A DNA stretch of 64,000 nucleotides from Syncephalis fuscata S228 (Eukaryota > Fungi > Zoopagomycota), in assembly GCA_025786725.1 (NCBI GenBank), contig JAHLTZ010000002.1:186001-250000 (forward strand), written 5' to 3'. The notes beneath the pieces were generated by a model. It was given only the letters and a program-made list of their open reading frames with translations. It searched no databases and had not been told where the DNA came from. A program made the translations under genes and the position numbers. Shown piece after piece: positions 1 through 16,881 of this stretch (its first letter is position 1; the number at the start of each line of letters is the position of its first letter).

Positions 1-1671
1 CTTTGTAGCCAACACGTTTCACAGTAAACATGCCAACATACAATCGATGTAGTTGGTTGTTTGTAATTCTCAATGCAAATAAGACATTTGCCTGCATTGG
101 AGATCAATTGTTCCTATCATAAATGAAATAAATAGTTTATAGTAGTTAGTTCATAGTATAGCTATCAATAATGCATGTATTACTTGTTGTCTAATACGAT
201 CTTTAAGAGAAGCGATTAATAAATGAGCACGAGCTAGATCATCTCCCACTACTGATGATGATGATGATGTTAATACAGAGGTTGATTCAGCATTGGTCAT
301 TTCCATATCCGTTAATCTATCTGTTGATGTTCTAATAGTGTATTATATTAGATTATTAGATGATGAATATTACTATGCTATAAGATTATAGTACTTACGG
401 TGTAGGATCAGTAGATAGTGTTGCTTCAGTATGAATTACACGTCGTACATCTTCTTCAGTATATGTAATCTACATCGATGCAATGTTAAGTATATACCAT
501 TCTATCCTATTCTTCCTATTCTATTATAATCTAATAAAAGGATATTGTTGTGCTCCATACTTTTCGGTATCATCAAGATCAATATCGAGTTCTTCATTTG
601 TATCTTCTTCTACACGACGTGTTGAAGTACTGGCCAGTGCTATTGTAATATATGAATACATTTAATCTACAATATAGCCTATATACTATTACCTGATGCA
701 CCCCCTTCAAGCATAGAAGTAACCCGTACTCGTGTCTGGCCCGCCCATGTATATTCTTCAAATGTCATATCGGTATGATCAGATGCCGCATTACTCGCTG
801 TTGTTGTTGTAGTACTCTATACGTGTATTAATAGACTATAATATTCATACTACTAAGTAATACTAACAAGTACAGATGGTCCATTAGGTGTATCCAAACA
901 TTGATCAATATGTGCATTAATCTGGGTCAAATCACCCGATAATGAAATACCACACATAAAACATGTTGATTCTATTAATTAATTAATTATATTATATTAT
1001 ATTATATTATATTAATACTCTATATAATTACCTATTATTTCACGATCTCCTCCTCGTCGTCGTCGTTCTTGTGGCAATAAGAACTGTGCTGCTTCATCTA
1101 ATTGATCATTATTAAGACTATGACTACCACCTAGTATATTGTTATCATTATTAATACTATTATAGATAATTCTAGCTATTCATCTATTAATCAATTACCA
1201 ATGGTAGATAGCCATTTATCGCGTTGTTCAGCTCGTCTCTTTATTTTATTAATAAGCTATATCATATTTATATAAATAGGTCATTATTATACAAAATACA
1301 CCACTTACTTGATCAGGGGTCTCTTTCTGTGGTGTTGACTCGCCAAGAATACGATGTTTAGCCGCAATGGCTGCACCACGCTTACCTAGATGTCTATTAT
1401 GTCATTAGTATCAATAGAACAGCTAAATCATACGTACGTTGTACCATCACCAGTCATACTACTACTACCACCACTACCACTATTCGTATCTGTATTTAAT
1501 AAAGATAGTTTAGGTGTGGCCAATAATGCTAGTTCTTTGCGATAATGTTGTTCAAAGTTGGTCTTTGTAATAGACTTTGAACATAATGGACACACGTGTA
1601 ATTCCTCTATGAAATACGTTAGATGAATAACAACACTATTAATAATAAGTATGAATTCAATAGTTACCCAT
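1..1671 (-). CDS. RNF220-like RING E3 ubiquitin ligase, multi-exon, 3' end runs off the window
   Basis: Spliced translation gives N-terminal MEELHVCPLCSK...FEQHY, the motif FEEYTWAGQTRVRVTSMLEGG, DDTEKYGAQQYTEEDV and a RING CLICIENYKQPTTSIVCWHVYCETCWLQ. These match the RNF220 motifs as recalled (EEYEWCGQKRIRAT; CWHVHCEECWL). Confidence 0.8.
465..545 (-). other. U12-type (minor) AT-AC intron, 81 nt
   Basis: Minus strand reads ...GCACAACA|ATATCCTTTTATTAG...ATACTTAACATTGCATCGATGTAGATTAC|ATATACTGAA. It has an ATATCCTT 5' site, a CTTAAC branch site ~20 nt from the end and an AC terminus. Removal restores YGAQQYTEEDV; retention hits an in-frame TAA. Confidence 0.9.
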
Positions 1672-2066
1672 TGGATGACTAGAAACTAAATAAACTAACT
1701 AGATGTTACGCGTCAATACAAGTATTAGGATACTCGTTGTTGTTGTTGTTGTTAGTTATTATGCTTCTACAAGTGGTGACTGTGTGTGAGTATGTAAATC
1801 ATTCAAATATAAATCTCAGTTGATTCAAGCTATTTTTTTTCTTTTTTTCTTTTAAATTGAATTGAAACAAGCCAGTTTGAGTTACTTTTACGTAAATTTA
1901 TCTATAATAGGTATTTTTATTATATTGTCTTTTTTCTTTCTTTTTGGTTAGTTGGTTTGAAGCGTTGCGTATTCTTCTTTTTTTCTTCTTCTTCTTCGCC
2001 GTCATCTTTATTGCGGTTCTATTCACTTGATTGATAATCTGGGTTATCTAATTATTCATTATCATT

Positions 2067-3269
2067 ATGACTGACGCTCATCCATTTGAAAAGGCTTTGT
2101 TGGAAGCTGAAAAGATTGAGGATCAGCTAAATAAGATTGAAGAGCGTTTCCGTAAGTTATTATGACATAAAGTATTAAAGTACTATTATTAATATCTATT
2201 ATACATATATAGAACAGGAAAAGGCCAAGTTAACTGGTCAATTTGAATTGGAAAAGGCATCTCTTTACAAGGAACGTGCTGATATTGTTGGCAAGATTGA
2301 TGGTTTCTGGTCTATTGTGGTAAGTTATTAAGAATAGCACTATTTATTTATTATTTATTATTTTATTATTATTATTATGGATAACTTTAAATTAAAGTTG
2401 GAAAGTACCGGTATCATTGGTATGTATAACATTAATCTATATTAATATCAATGTAATAATATTCATGTAATGTAATCATATAATTAGATGGACTACTAAT
2501 TCCAGGAGATGAAGAGGTAATTATATTCATATATCATATATTTGTATAAATACTTATTATATTATATTATTACTAGGCCTTGTCACATCTCATTAATGTG
2601 ATGGTTGAGCGTGATGCTGCCAATCCTGCCAATTTCAAGATTATTTTTGTAAGTATTAATATATAATATATATATATATTGTATTAATTGTATTGATTGC
2701 TATTAATGAATAGACATTTACGGAGAACGAGTTTTTTACCAATACCGAGATTACTAAATCATTTAAACTTGAAGAAAACAAGTATACTACTTCAAAGGTC
2801 AATATTGACTGGAAGAAGGGCAAGGTAATTAATATATCTGTATTAATAGACTATTGAGTTATATTTATTAATTGAATTTTATTATTGTTGTTGTTATTAT
2901 TATTAATAGGATCTTGTAACCAAAGATGAAGGTGGCAATGCTGATGAAGAAGATGAGACTATTGTTATCTTGCCAGGATTCTTTACATGGATTGTAGCAG
3001 CTGAAGATCAATTAGGTTTGGGTGCTCAATTGCTAATGATGTCTTCCCAGATGCTATTAGGTAATTAATAGATAGATATGTTTATTGATCAATTAATTAA
3101 TAATTATTGTATAAATGTATATATTTATATTTATATATATAGTCTATTCCATTCTGCCACTTCACCTGATGATGATGAAGATGATAGTGATCTTGACGAT
3201 GAAGAGGATATTGAAGAGAGTGATAATGAAGAAGACATTCCTGCTCTAAAAAGCACAAGAAATAAATAA
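2067..3269 (+). CDS. NAP/SET/Vps75-family histone chaperone (multi-exon; apparent 1-nt deletion near 3029)
   Basis: Spliced translation gives LYKERADIVGKIDGFWSIV, FTENEFFTNTEITKSF, IDWKKGKDL, FFTW, IANDVFPDAI and an acidic C-terminal tail. Confidence 0.8.
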
Positions 3270-3400
3270 ACTACATTTTATGATTACTTTTAACAATAGT
3301 AACAATAGTTGATATTTATAATAATGTAAATGTAATAGTTAATAATAATAATAATAATAATAATGGTTTATTATAGTCATTCAAGTTGTTGTTTACTATC

Positions 3401-4965
<1,565 letters not shown>

Positions 4966-5192
4966 TCTGAATCAATAGTTACTGTTGTTGTTGTTGTTGT
5001 TTTTGTTATGTTTAAACACAATAATAGAGAGAGAATAAGAGAATAAGTAGAAAAAAGAAGAAAAATTATATTTTCTACCAAACAACAACACTCCTCACTA
5101 CTATTTCTTTTTCTTCTTTCTTTATCTTTATTTACAGTTGGTTATTAACTACGAGTAGTATCGATACTACAAAGAACTACGCATATAACACT

Positions 5193-6405
5193 ATGAGTCC
5201 TATTAACACAGAGGGAAAGATTGTATTGGAGAGTGATCACGTTAATAATGTAAATGAAATACTATGAATATATAATAGTTGGTTAGTTGTTAATAAATTG
5301 ATAATAGCGTCACTCTGAATCCAATGCAGCCTGGAATATTAAACAGTTTGCCGAGGTAAATATTAACAATAACAATAACAATAATAGAATAGAATGAAGT
5401 GTATTAATTGTAACGGTTATTATAATAGTCATTTTCGATTAATGTAGTCCGTATATCGCGTAGAGCAATGGAATTCGATATGCTTAACCTAGAAGCACCT
5501 ATTGCTAATGCTTTTCGCCGTATATTAATGGCCGAGGTTAGTATATTATATTATTCTATATAGTATAATAATATTCATATCTATATTCATATCTAGATTC
5601 CTACCATGGCTATTGAAACCGTATTTATGATGCAGAATACATCAGTTATTCATGATGAAGTATTATGTCATCGATTGGGATTGATTCCTATTAAGGTTGA
5701 TCCAACACAGTTTCAATGGAAGGGCGGTAAGTTAATAGAATGGATAGAATCAATAGAATGGAATATTAACTGTAATATAGATGCTGAGGCCACTGATTTA
5801 AATACTATTGTATTCAAGTTGGATGTTAACTGTTCAGCTAATCCAAAAACCGGTGAACTTGTGAATGCCAATGGTAGGATATCTTAATTAGATGATATAT
5901 ACGATTAATAATGATACCATGTTAACATACTACAGTCTATTCAAGAGATTTAGTATGGGAACCCAAGGGTAATCAGGCTGCTCAGTTTGCCAAAGCCCCT
6001 ATCCGTGCTGCTTATAAATCAATTCTTGTGGCTAAACTACGACCAGGCCAGGTAATATTACTTAACTAACTAATTAATTAGCTAATTGATCATCTTATCT
6101 ATTGTAATAGAGTATTCAAGCTGAATTACATTGTGAAAAAGGTATTGGCCGTGATCATGCCAAATACTCGCCCGTCGGTAGGTTAATTAGATATTTATTA
6201 TTTAATTATCTATAATTAATACAAATGAACCAATTGTTAACTATTAGCCACGGCCTATTATCGATTGATGCCCGAGATTGTTATTACGCAGGATATTGTC
6301 GATGCTGATGCTGATAAATTTGCTAAATGTTTTGTACCTGGTGTTATTAAGATTGTTAAAGAACGTGGTATGTAATAGATGGAATATCAACAACAAATAA
6401 TAACA

Positions 6406-6440
<35 letters not shown>

Positions 6441-6796
6441 TGTACGTAAAGCCATGGTAGATAATCCAAGATTATGTACTATGAATCGTGAAGCACTACG
6501 CCATGATGAATTCAAGAATAAGGTTAAAATAATGCATAAACCAACTCATTTTATTTGTAAGTACTACTGACATCCTATTGAATTGTTTCCATCTTCATGT
6601 CACTAATACTATATATCTATATAATATAGTTAATATTGAATCGACTGGTGCCATGACTCCACCTGAACTTGTACTACATTCTATTAAACGTTTAATGCGT
6701 AAATGTCAAACTGTACAAGCAGCACTTGCTCAACTTAATAGCAATAGCGATGATGATCATAACAGCAGTAATGATAACGAGTCAACAACAGTATAA
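5193..6796 (+). CDS. RPC40: RNA polymerase I/III shared subunit AC40
   Basis: IANAFRRILMAEIPTMAIE, HDEVLCHRLGLIP, AKLRPGQ, KGIGRDHAKYSPVATA, ESTGAM. Confidence 0.95.
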
Positions 6797-6883
6797 TCAA
6801 ATAGATTAATTCATTATCTATTAGTATGTTTTGTTGTTGATTAATTATAATTATGAATTGTTGTCTAAATCATTTACTCATAA

Positions 6884-6909
6884 ACACACACACACACACA
6901 CACACACAC
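6884..6909. repeat. (AC)n microsatellite
   Basis: Uninterrupted AC run between the convergent 3' ends of RPC40 and the Zn-cluster gene. Confidence 0.9.
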
Positions 6910-7034
6910 TTCAATGTCATAAAAATAATAATGACAACATCATCATAATACATAATGATCATTTGACTATTCAAATAAAATATATAGTAGTAAAAAAAGA
7001 GCATCAATGGAGAGAGAGAGAGAAAGTGAAATGA

Positions 7035-8758
7035 TTAAGAACAAGGCAGGAAATTGCCAGCAATTAAAGTAGGAATATTATACTTGTCACGACGAATAGT
7101 AAATGAGAAACAACAAGAAACTTCTACTTTACTACTACGTGCATCCAAGTTATTCTTGAGTATACACGATGTAAGTACGGCTTTTTGACCAGCATCAAAT
7201 GCAATATTGCCATATTTCTATATATATATATATATATATTTATATATAAATAGTTAATTAGTTGTTATTAATATTGTTATTACTATTAACTTACCTCCCA
7301 ATAATTAACGGCAGAATCTTCAGACATAAGCTATTATAGATATAGATATAGATATAGATATAGATTGATTAATACTAGTTATATTCATGCTTGTTTTACT
7401 GTACCTCATAAATACAAACATTGCCTTCACGTAATCGATGAATGGGGATTTGTACTAAATCGGCAAATTCATTATTTGCTTTGTAAATCTCACCAGTACG
7501 TCGCCATAGACATGATGGTATACCCATTGAACTAAATACTCTATCATAATCCTAATCAACCATTTTAACAAGTATTAATGATTCAATATACTAATAATAA
7601 TAATAATAATAATAATATAATTATTAATAAATACTCACCAAGAGTAGACGTTCAAATGCCTCTTCAACTAAGACTAGATCGATATCTGTTAATGATTTGG
7701 CCACTTTACGAAATGTAGGTCGAAATGTGCCCATCACATTAACAATACGCTGTTTACTCATATCTGACATACTATTTAATTATTTAATTAATTATTATAA
7801 TTACTGGTTATTTATCAATACTTACTGAGTCTCCATATATTTTTGTAATCTTGTATAGCCATTAACATAATTGTATGGTTTAAGAAAGCCGGCTTCATAT
7901 TTGGCATTAATAACTTGCATTAACTTTTCTTCTTGAGTACCATCTGATGGATCAGCTGCAGTTAAGAAGAATCGTTCTGTTGTACTCTCTTCCGGTAGTG
8001 TATTTGATGTGGGCGTTGAATAGACGTGTGAGTCTAAACTCAGTAGAAAGTCGCTATTATAAGAGTTAATTAATTGTTATATTGTATATGCATTATATGG
8101 CTATTTACTTGATAACTGTAAACTCATCGCCTACATGTTCACTGGCAAATGTTAAAGGTGCTGCAGGCAATGGTGTAAAACTAGATAGTCGACCATTATC
8201 TAATAGTTCTATTAATTGCTAATATAATTACTTGTTAATTGTACTCTTCAACTATATCTTACCTGCTTTATTACTATTGCTGTTATTATGGCTATTGCTG
8301 CTATTGGATGTATTGTTCTGTGTATTGGATGCACTATTCTGTGACTCGCCCGGTGTTTTGTATTCATCGTGACATAGATGCCAATATTACGTTTAAGACA
8401 TCGCTGACATGGTCGGCCTATGATAAACATATTAGTTGTATTCATATTTGTATTCATACTTGTATTAATCTATTATATAAACTATTTATCTTCTTACCTT
8501 CATCGCATGTCATATGAGAACGGCGACAATATACACAGGCTAATATAATAATAGTTAATTATTAATAAACTATTCGTGTATTTATATGGTTTATTATTGC
8601 ATATATAGCTTACCATGGGCAACTTTACGTCGTTTTGTACCTTTCTTCTTTCCTTTTAGATCAGATGAGTTACTTGCCATGGACGACGTGTCAGTATCAT
8701 TGCCATGTTTTCCAATAGTATTATTGTTATTATTGTTATTGTTATTACGACTATCCAT
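7035..8758 (-). CDS. Zn(II)2Cys6 transcription factor with PAS-like C-terminus, Rds2/AcuM family (apparent 1-nt deletion near 8380)
   Basis: KRRKVAHACVYCRRSHMTCDEGRPCQRCLKRNIG(H)LC, FFLTAADPSDG, LKPYNYVNGYTRL, WRRTGEIYKAN, CCFSFTIRRD...GNFLP. Confidence 0.85.
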
Positions 8759-8969
8759 AGTTATCGTTTGTTTTTAAAAGTTAAACGTTAAATGAAAAAA
8801 GAAAGGTCTGCAGTGGGAATGAGTAAGTGCCGATGGTATCTGTGAATAAAGATTAATTTCAATGGTGACACGTGATTTTAAAGAATTTGCTCATGAATTG
8901 TACTATTACTATGATATATTATTAGTTAGCCAGTCTTTCTTTTATTTTACTCGTGGTTAATACTTTGTC

Positions 8970-10133
<1,164 letters not shown>

Positions 10134-10301
10134 TAATAATAAGCAATTGGCAAATAAAATAGTACTTTGTAAAGTAGTATTGTGTTTTATTATTTAATAT
10201 ACATATAATTGTCACATATTGCATAGTCTATATCATGCTTTACTGAAATGTGTTTTTGTTATGATAATAATAAATGTAGTAATAGCATTAATAATGTACA
10301 T

Positions 10302-11788
10302 TTACAAAGTCTCTTGATTTGTGCTTTGTAATTCAATAATTATAGAGTCGGGTGGTTTTATAAGGGATTGATATTGCCATTTGGATGGAGTTATACAGAA
10401 AGAACCATCGGGTTTGTTTGACTGTGTCGATATTGATTTGATCTCTAGTTGTGACTGTATAAAATGATATTCGGGTGGTGGTGACTGCATTGCCTCAATA
10501 CTTGCACATAACTCTTCATTGGATTTATTATGGCCTTTCCAGTTGGTGCCCATATAGTCGTCGCCACCTCCAATACCATCAAAACCCATTCTAGTTGACT
10601 GAAGGCCATAGCAACTAGCAATCTCGTTGGTTTTAGCCATATTTGGACGAACAAAATAACGAGGTTTTATATTAAAAACTCTGGGCCTTGCACTGATGAA
10701 TCCTTGGCTTTGTTCTCTAAGGCTTACACAGGAAGGATTGTATTCCACAATACTTTTAGAAGGTTCTAAATAGGCATTAGTAATCATGGTGTGCCAGGCA
10801 GCACTTGTAACTTGTTCGGGAATGGTGGAACGACGCAGATATGCCTTTGTATTTTGCGATTGAGTATAGAACAAAACCAATAGTATAGTTTGGTATACAA
10901 CTCCATTGCCACCCACAAAAAATATAATACTTGGCCACAGGCTTAGTAGAAATGCTGTAACAAGTGCGCCAAGAACTACAGATGCTATTGAGCCTAATGC
11001 AAACGTAATAAAAATACGTCGAAAACGATGACCTGCATTAATCTCTTCGGTGTTTAAAAACTGCGTGCTGATGTCTTTTGAAAATGTTTGTTTAAAATTA
11101 TGTAGAATCCATAGCTATAGTATGCCGCCATCACAAGCATAATAACATGTCCAAATACAAAATAAGATCCTAAAACACGATGAACCGGATCGTCCCATTT
11201 TGTTATGCCACGGTGACGTATCCATCCTAGACATATACTAATACTAATGAGGATAATATAGTGCAAAGTCGCAAGTATGGCCGACATCCAAAATAACTGA
11301 TTTGCTGTAGGTGCGTATAGCGTATAAGTTGCTTTCGACGTTGATAAGTAGTTATCATGCTTAAAAATCGATCTTCGAATAAATATCGAGGGGATGTAGC
11401 TTATAATTCCGGTTAGCAGCACAAGAAGAGGAAGAAACATTGTGTAGAGGAGCGTGCCGGTTAGCACACTGCGTGAAATCCAATTACGAGGCCAGTCAAC
11501 GAGTACACAAATATAAAAGAATATTCTGTAAGTGTTACATAGGTAGGCTGCCAATAAGACAGAGTCGATATAGGTTGGAAGCCAGCAACCATCGACACGG
11601 TGAACCAGTTTGATTGGCATGTCGTTGCGCCAACGAATAATTGATACATAGCCTCCGTATATGTTGATACTGACTGTTATGGCCAAACAAACTATAGTGC
11701 CGTAGAATAGCATATCACTGCCATAACAGTCGTAGATATTCATATACGGATCACATACCGTTTCAGGAGGCGTGTTTAATACCTTCAT
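10302..11788 (-). CDS. Intronless multi-pass (about 7 TM, GPCR-like) membrane protein split by a -1 frameshift near 11056
   Basis: ORF 11054-11788 has ~5 hydrophobic segments. The -1 frame continues LNTEEINAGHRFRRIFITFALGSIASVVLGALVTAFLL...FFVGGNGVVYQTILLVLFY into ORF 10302-10916, adding two TMs and a long cytoplasmic tail. Confidence 0.6.
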
Positions 11789-12675
11789 TCTCTTGCCAAT
11801 ATCTACAACGATAGTTTATTAGAGCCGCATTAAATTCACAAATACTAATGGATGAATGGATGCTAGAAATAGCGTGTTACTTCAATTTTACAAAAAGGAA
11901 TTAATATAGCAATTAACGAATAATCAGAAAAGACCGTGGTAGTAGGTGTGGTCGTGATTTGTGTGATTTGCGTGATTCGCGAGATACAATAAAAACAGGT
12001 TATCTGCAGTGGCCGATTCGCGTACCACATGGAAGCTACATAGTCGAATGGCTTGATATGCGCTCGGAGTGATTCCAAGTATTCACACGGTTAGTGCAGT
12101 CTGCAGAAAGATAATCAGCGTAAACTTTGTGTCTCCTCACAAGCTTAACTACACTGGGTATATAAACTATTTCCAAAGTAAATACACCTTGTATTTCGGC
12201 GGAAAGCTTGCATGTTTGTTGGGTGGGCGCATGGATGAACTTGTGTTGTGTGATAATGGCAGTCCAAAGTCTGCATCATGTCACGAGTACCCTAAGATAT
12301 GCATACTGCTGCAGGCCAGCGATAATGTCTAACGTCCCATCACTTGGCTCTTAAAGAGTCATTGGTTATATATTTCCGCTTTGTCAACTAAAATCGGCTT
12401 TAATGTAGGATAAAAATGAAACAATTTACTATAAACTTACATATGTTTTTATTATTGCCAGTAATAGTCTTAAAAAGAATCGTTATGCCTGGGGTAGCCA
12501 TCATTGGAGAGGTGATTTAATACGAATATTGCATATTTAACTCTACATTATTTTCCAATATTACTTATTTATGCTAAAATCTTGTTATAAGCTGGTACTT
12601 TAAAAGTTTTTCTTGAATAATACCATGTTTATATAAATTTTTAGTTTTATTAATTTAATATATATAATAAATAAG

Positions 12676-14851
12676 TTACAAAGTTTTAAAAACAATGGGC
12701 TCAATTATTGGTAAATATATCATGCCATTGTAAGGAGTGTTGACTGGACGTTTACCAGACATTGTACTAAAATCATAGTGGCGCAATGCATAAGCAATAA
12801 CCGACTTCATTATCATGACAGCTAAAAAGCGACCTGGACATGCGTATCTATACAATGTTAGGTGTAAAACCATAGCTACTCGATACTACTTACTGCCCTG
12901 CACCAAATATTGTGAATGCGTCGGTAATTGTCTATAAATTAATAAATTAGTTACATTAATACTATGCACAATTTATACACACTGATGCTTTAGTAATAAC
13001 ACTATTATCGGCATTGATATGATGGTATGGGTTAAATACGGTTGAGTTTGGTCCATATAAATCTTCAGCAATATTTATCTCTCGTCCATCAGCAACGCAA
13101 AAGCTTCCTATATTTACGCGTTAACATCATATTAGTTGCAAGTTTAAACCTACCTTTAGGAATGATGTAACCACTTTTCAACTGAATATCTACCATGGCT
13201 AATCTAACCGTTTCTACAAACATATATGTTATCAATTGTACACAATTGCTGTAATGGCTTACGGGAAGTTGCATTAACACGAAGCGATTCGCGCACACAT
13301 GCATCAAGAAGCTTCATGTCTTTTGTGGCGTCGGTTGTAATATTTTCTCCATGGCGACTAATAATTTCGTCCTGTTCTTGTTTAAGCTTTTTGCTATAAA
13401 TAAATTAGTTGGCTAGTAACACGTAGTTTATGGCTTGATTTACCGAATATCCGGGTAGCTTGCTATGTCAAACATCAAATGCAACGTATTAACAGATGTG
13501 GTGGATACCGATGAAAAAGCAATCTCCAAAGTACGATGTGCCACTATGTTTGCACTGTACAAATTTCCATTTTGGTCCTCAGCGAATGCAATCCATTCTA
13601 ACATGTCATGCTAGAGTAAACATATTATAAGCAGATATAATTGATGACAATTGATTACTTACCAAAGGTATATAATCAGCACCTTGCTTAGTCTTCATAT
13701 TACGCCGACGCTGTATTTCAGGTACAATGACGTGATCAGCAAGTTTGTTATTTTCCTCGTATGAGGTTAGACGGCGAGTAAGCCAGCTATTACAATAGGC
13801 AAATCAATAAACAATGTTAAATACTGACTGCCCGCTTACCGGCTTATTTTAGTAGGAAATGTGATTTTAAGTCTAGATACCAGATCCAAATCCTTGAAAA
13901 TAGTAGATAGCATGCGTAGCACCTCTGGATCATTATGTAATGACTATTGAATGTGAACATGAATTAAATAGTGTATAAATGTGTAAATCCATTAGATTAT
14001 GTACCTCATTTTCAAACAGACACGTAGCAACTGGCAATTACGTTGTTATGACTTGCATAGAAAGTAATTAACGCGACTTACCTGATTTTCCAATTACTTC
14101 ATGAATGAAAGTGTCAGGATTGTTCATGTAATAGGGTTTGCGCACATCTATCAATACATGTTAATTATATCGCGTATATGATTTACGACTACCATTACAT
14201 ACCGCCTACAGTGTCTTTGAATGCCTGCGCAGTTTTTACAACCATACGAGATTGTAGGTTTTGAAGCTGTTTTGCTAGATGCTTGCGCAAAATAGCAATA
14301 TGAAAACGATCGTGTGGTGCTTTATCACCAAAGACATAAACTGTATCCAAAGCCTATAAATTTCTGATTAGCCTTATGTTTAGCCATATGTTTATTATAC
14401 CATTACATAGTTAACGGCTTCTTTAAAACTCAATTGCTCAGATGGTGCACTAGCTACATCGCGTTGTTCACTTCTTCCAATTATTGTCATCCAGCGACCA
14501 AATATTAGAATACTATACACATCTCCATACTGCAAATGTTAAATAAATCAAACATACTAGAATCAATAAACTTACTTTCTTTTTACATTCCATAAAGAAT
14601 CTATTTCGATTGATTATAAAATTTAATCCGTGACCAACTACGGGAATCCAATATTTAACCTTTGGCGGCCCTTTATCATGCTAATTAGTTGTTAGCAAGC
14701 AACTATATATATTGCAACAACTTACTTGTTTTGCGCCAAACAAATCGGACAATATAAAGGCTACAATTGCTATCAACGTAGCCGATAGCAGTACCGTTTG
14801 GCTATTGTAGTCGCGAGTCGACAGTCCCAAATAATCAACAGCTTGTTGCAT
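12676..14851 (-). CDS. Cytochrome P450, copy A
   Basis: N-terminal anchor followed by GPPKVKYWIPVVGHG, I-helix AFSSVSTT, ExxR (RESLR) and the heme motif FGAGRYACPGRFLA; many short introns. Confidence 0.9.
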
Positions 14852-15617
14852 CCTTACTTTTATCAAGACTCAGTATACAGCGTATAAGATAGATTTAGTA
14901 TAGTGCTGACTTGTTGATACGTCGGTATAGCAAATGTCAATAGTAAAACACTAGAGCGTTTTTACCAATTCAAACTCGACACTGCAAGTATGAAAGCTCG
15001 AACAAATAAAATAATCAGTAATTTTGATATTTTGAATGCTACAACATGTGAGTATTTATTTAATGTCTTTATGGAGGTCGTGTACATAATTGTTCATTGT
15101 TGCAACGTTCACATGATCGCTCATACTGGCAGAGTTCCGCAAGTATGAGTGTATAGAGTGTTACATATCTATGAGTGTCACGGATTTTGATTTCTTTGTG
15201 TGTCTCACAAAACATCAAAGTCACACCGTATAATTAACTCTGCCAAGTTTTAGCTAGCTACATTCACCACACTACTACGTTAAAGCGGCTCATGCTGATG
15301 GATAATAAAACTAATTTTCTAAAAATAAAATTGAATTGTGACCTGATAGCTTAGAACAATCAAATGAATAATATGCAGTCTTCCAAAAACAAGTAATTGT
15401 GGCGTTTGTTTGTATCATATAAATGATAGCGGGGTTGATATGTGCGTTGTAGTGCGTTGAATCTACAATCACCTGAATTGTACCAATTACTTATCCACCA
15501 TGTGACAGATAGCAACGCTTCCATAAGTGATTGTCCATTCAACACATCTCATACCAGCATTACTCATCTTTGTCTATCACTTAGCCTTGGCATATTTAAC
15601 CTGTTGGCACTAGTTTA
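14410..15617 (-). repeat. Inverted-repeat arm A (P450 promoter plus first exons)
   Basis: Reverse complement matches 40221-41430. The ORF track shows identical or near-identical spurious ORFs at 14681/40971 and 15360/40292. Confidence 0.95.
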
Positions 15618-16881
15618 TAATTGTTGATACGCATATAATTATTGCTTTGCTAGTTTTTGATCATAATTAAAACGTTTTTATCTATTTTGTCTTGCAGTTT
15701 TAGCTTTCTTTAAAACTATTTTATAATGATTTTATTAGCAAGTAATATAGTAAATTGAATTTTGAAGATAGCCTGACAATACAGTGCGTTATATTGCTAT
15801 AAAATGCAAAATACTTTTAAATTTAAACAAATAATTGAAAGTGCATTTAGCAAGATGTTTGAAAAGATTAATTGTATGAATAACTATGAGCAATTGCTAT
15901 TTTATATACTCGTAGCCTCTTTAATGGTAAAATAACTTGTATTAGCTACTAGCTAATACGTAGTTTATTAAATGAAACAGCCAATAAGTTATTTTAAAGA
16001 TAAGCTTCAACTAATAATATATAAAGTAATAGCGCTGATACAACCGGTAGTTATTGCAGATTAATAGCAAATCAAGAAATGGTAGCTGGCCTTTAATTAT
16101 AATATTTGAGCTAATTAAATGTCAAGCATTTAATTATTAGCATGTTTTCGCATTGTAAAAACACAGTAATAAAAACCAGCTAGTCAAGACTGTTTACATG
16201 ATTTGTAAACCAATTGATGAGCTATGCTACCAATTAATGTGTCACTAACTTTTCTAATAACTACTATTATAAAGAAATGACGTAACATTACAATTTTTAT
16301 TTAATCTTACTGAAGCTACTATTTTGGTGCATGCTATTTAGTAAAGTGACTCATTTCTCTCTACTCACTTTTTCTGTGTGTGCGTGTGTGCATATGTGTG
16401 CGTACCGCTATAAATTCAGCTTTCCTTTTAAAGGGGCTTGAAAAATGAGTATCGCCGCTCTACTTAGCTCAGTTTTTACTTTTTATACTTTCATTACCCA
16501 AGCGCATGCCGTTCAATGCAAACGGAAATATTGCTATTAGTCTAACCAAGGCAGTAACAATAACAGTGACATTCCAACCGTATCAATATTAAGTGGGAAC
16601 TTCGTTGAAGTCACGTGGAAAAGCGTCATATTTCACCTGCTATTCCGTTTCACTTGTTCATTCAATCTTCAATTGCAACCATCTTTTGTTTTCACAAACA
16701 TCTTTTCAAGCCTTTAGTGATATATTGAGTCTTTTGTGTTGTTGTTTTGTGTTTTCAGATTTAGGTGTTTTGCTGTGGTGTTTTATCGTCATTTGCAGAA
16801 TCTACTGTTTGCTTGCTATTAGCTGTTGAAGCGGTTGCTATTCTCACCCGTTACACTCTACTTACTCGATAGTGGTCAACG

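Noticed and set aside
1680-1735. GTATCCTA on the minus strand in the RNF220-like 5'UTR as a second U12-type intron
   Set aside because: The donor lacks the +8 T, there is no CCTTAAC-like branch site, and no reading frame is available to test it.
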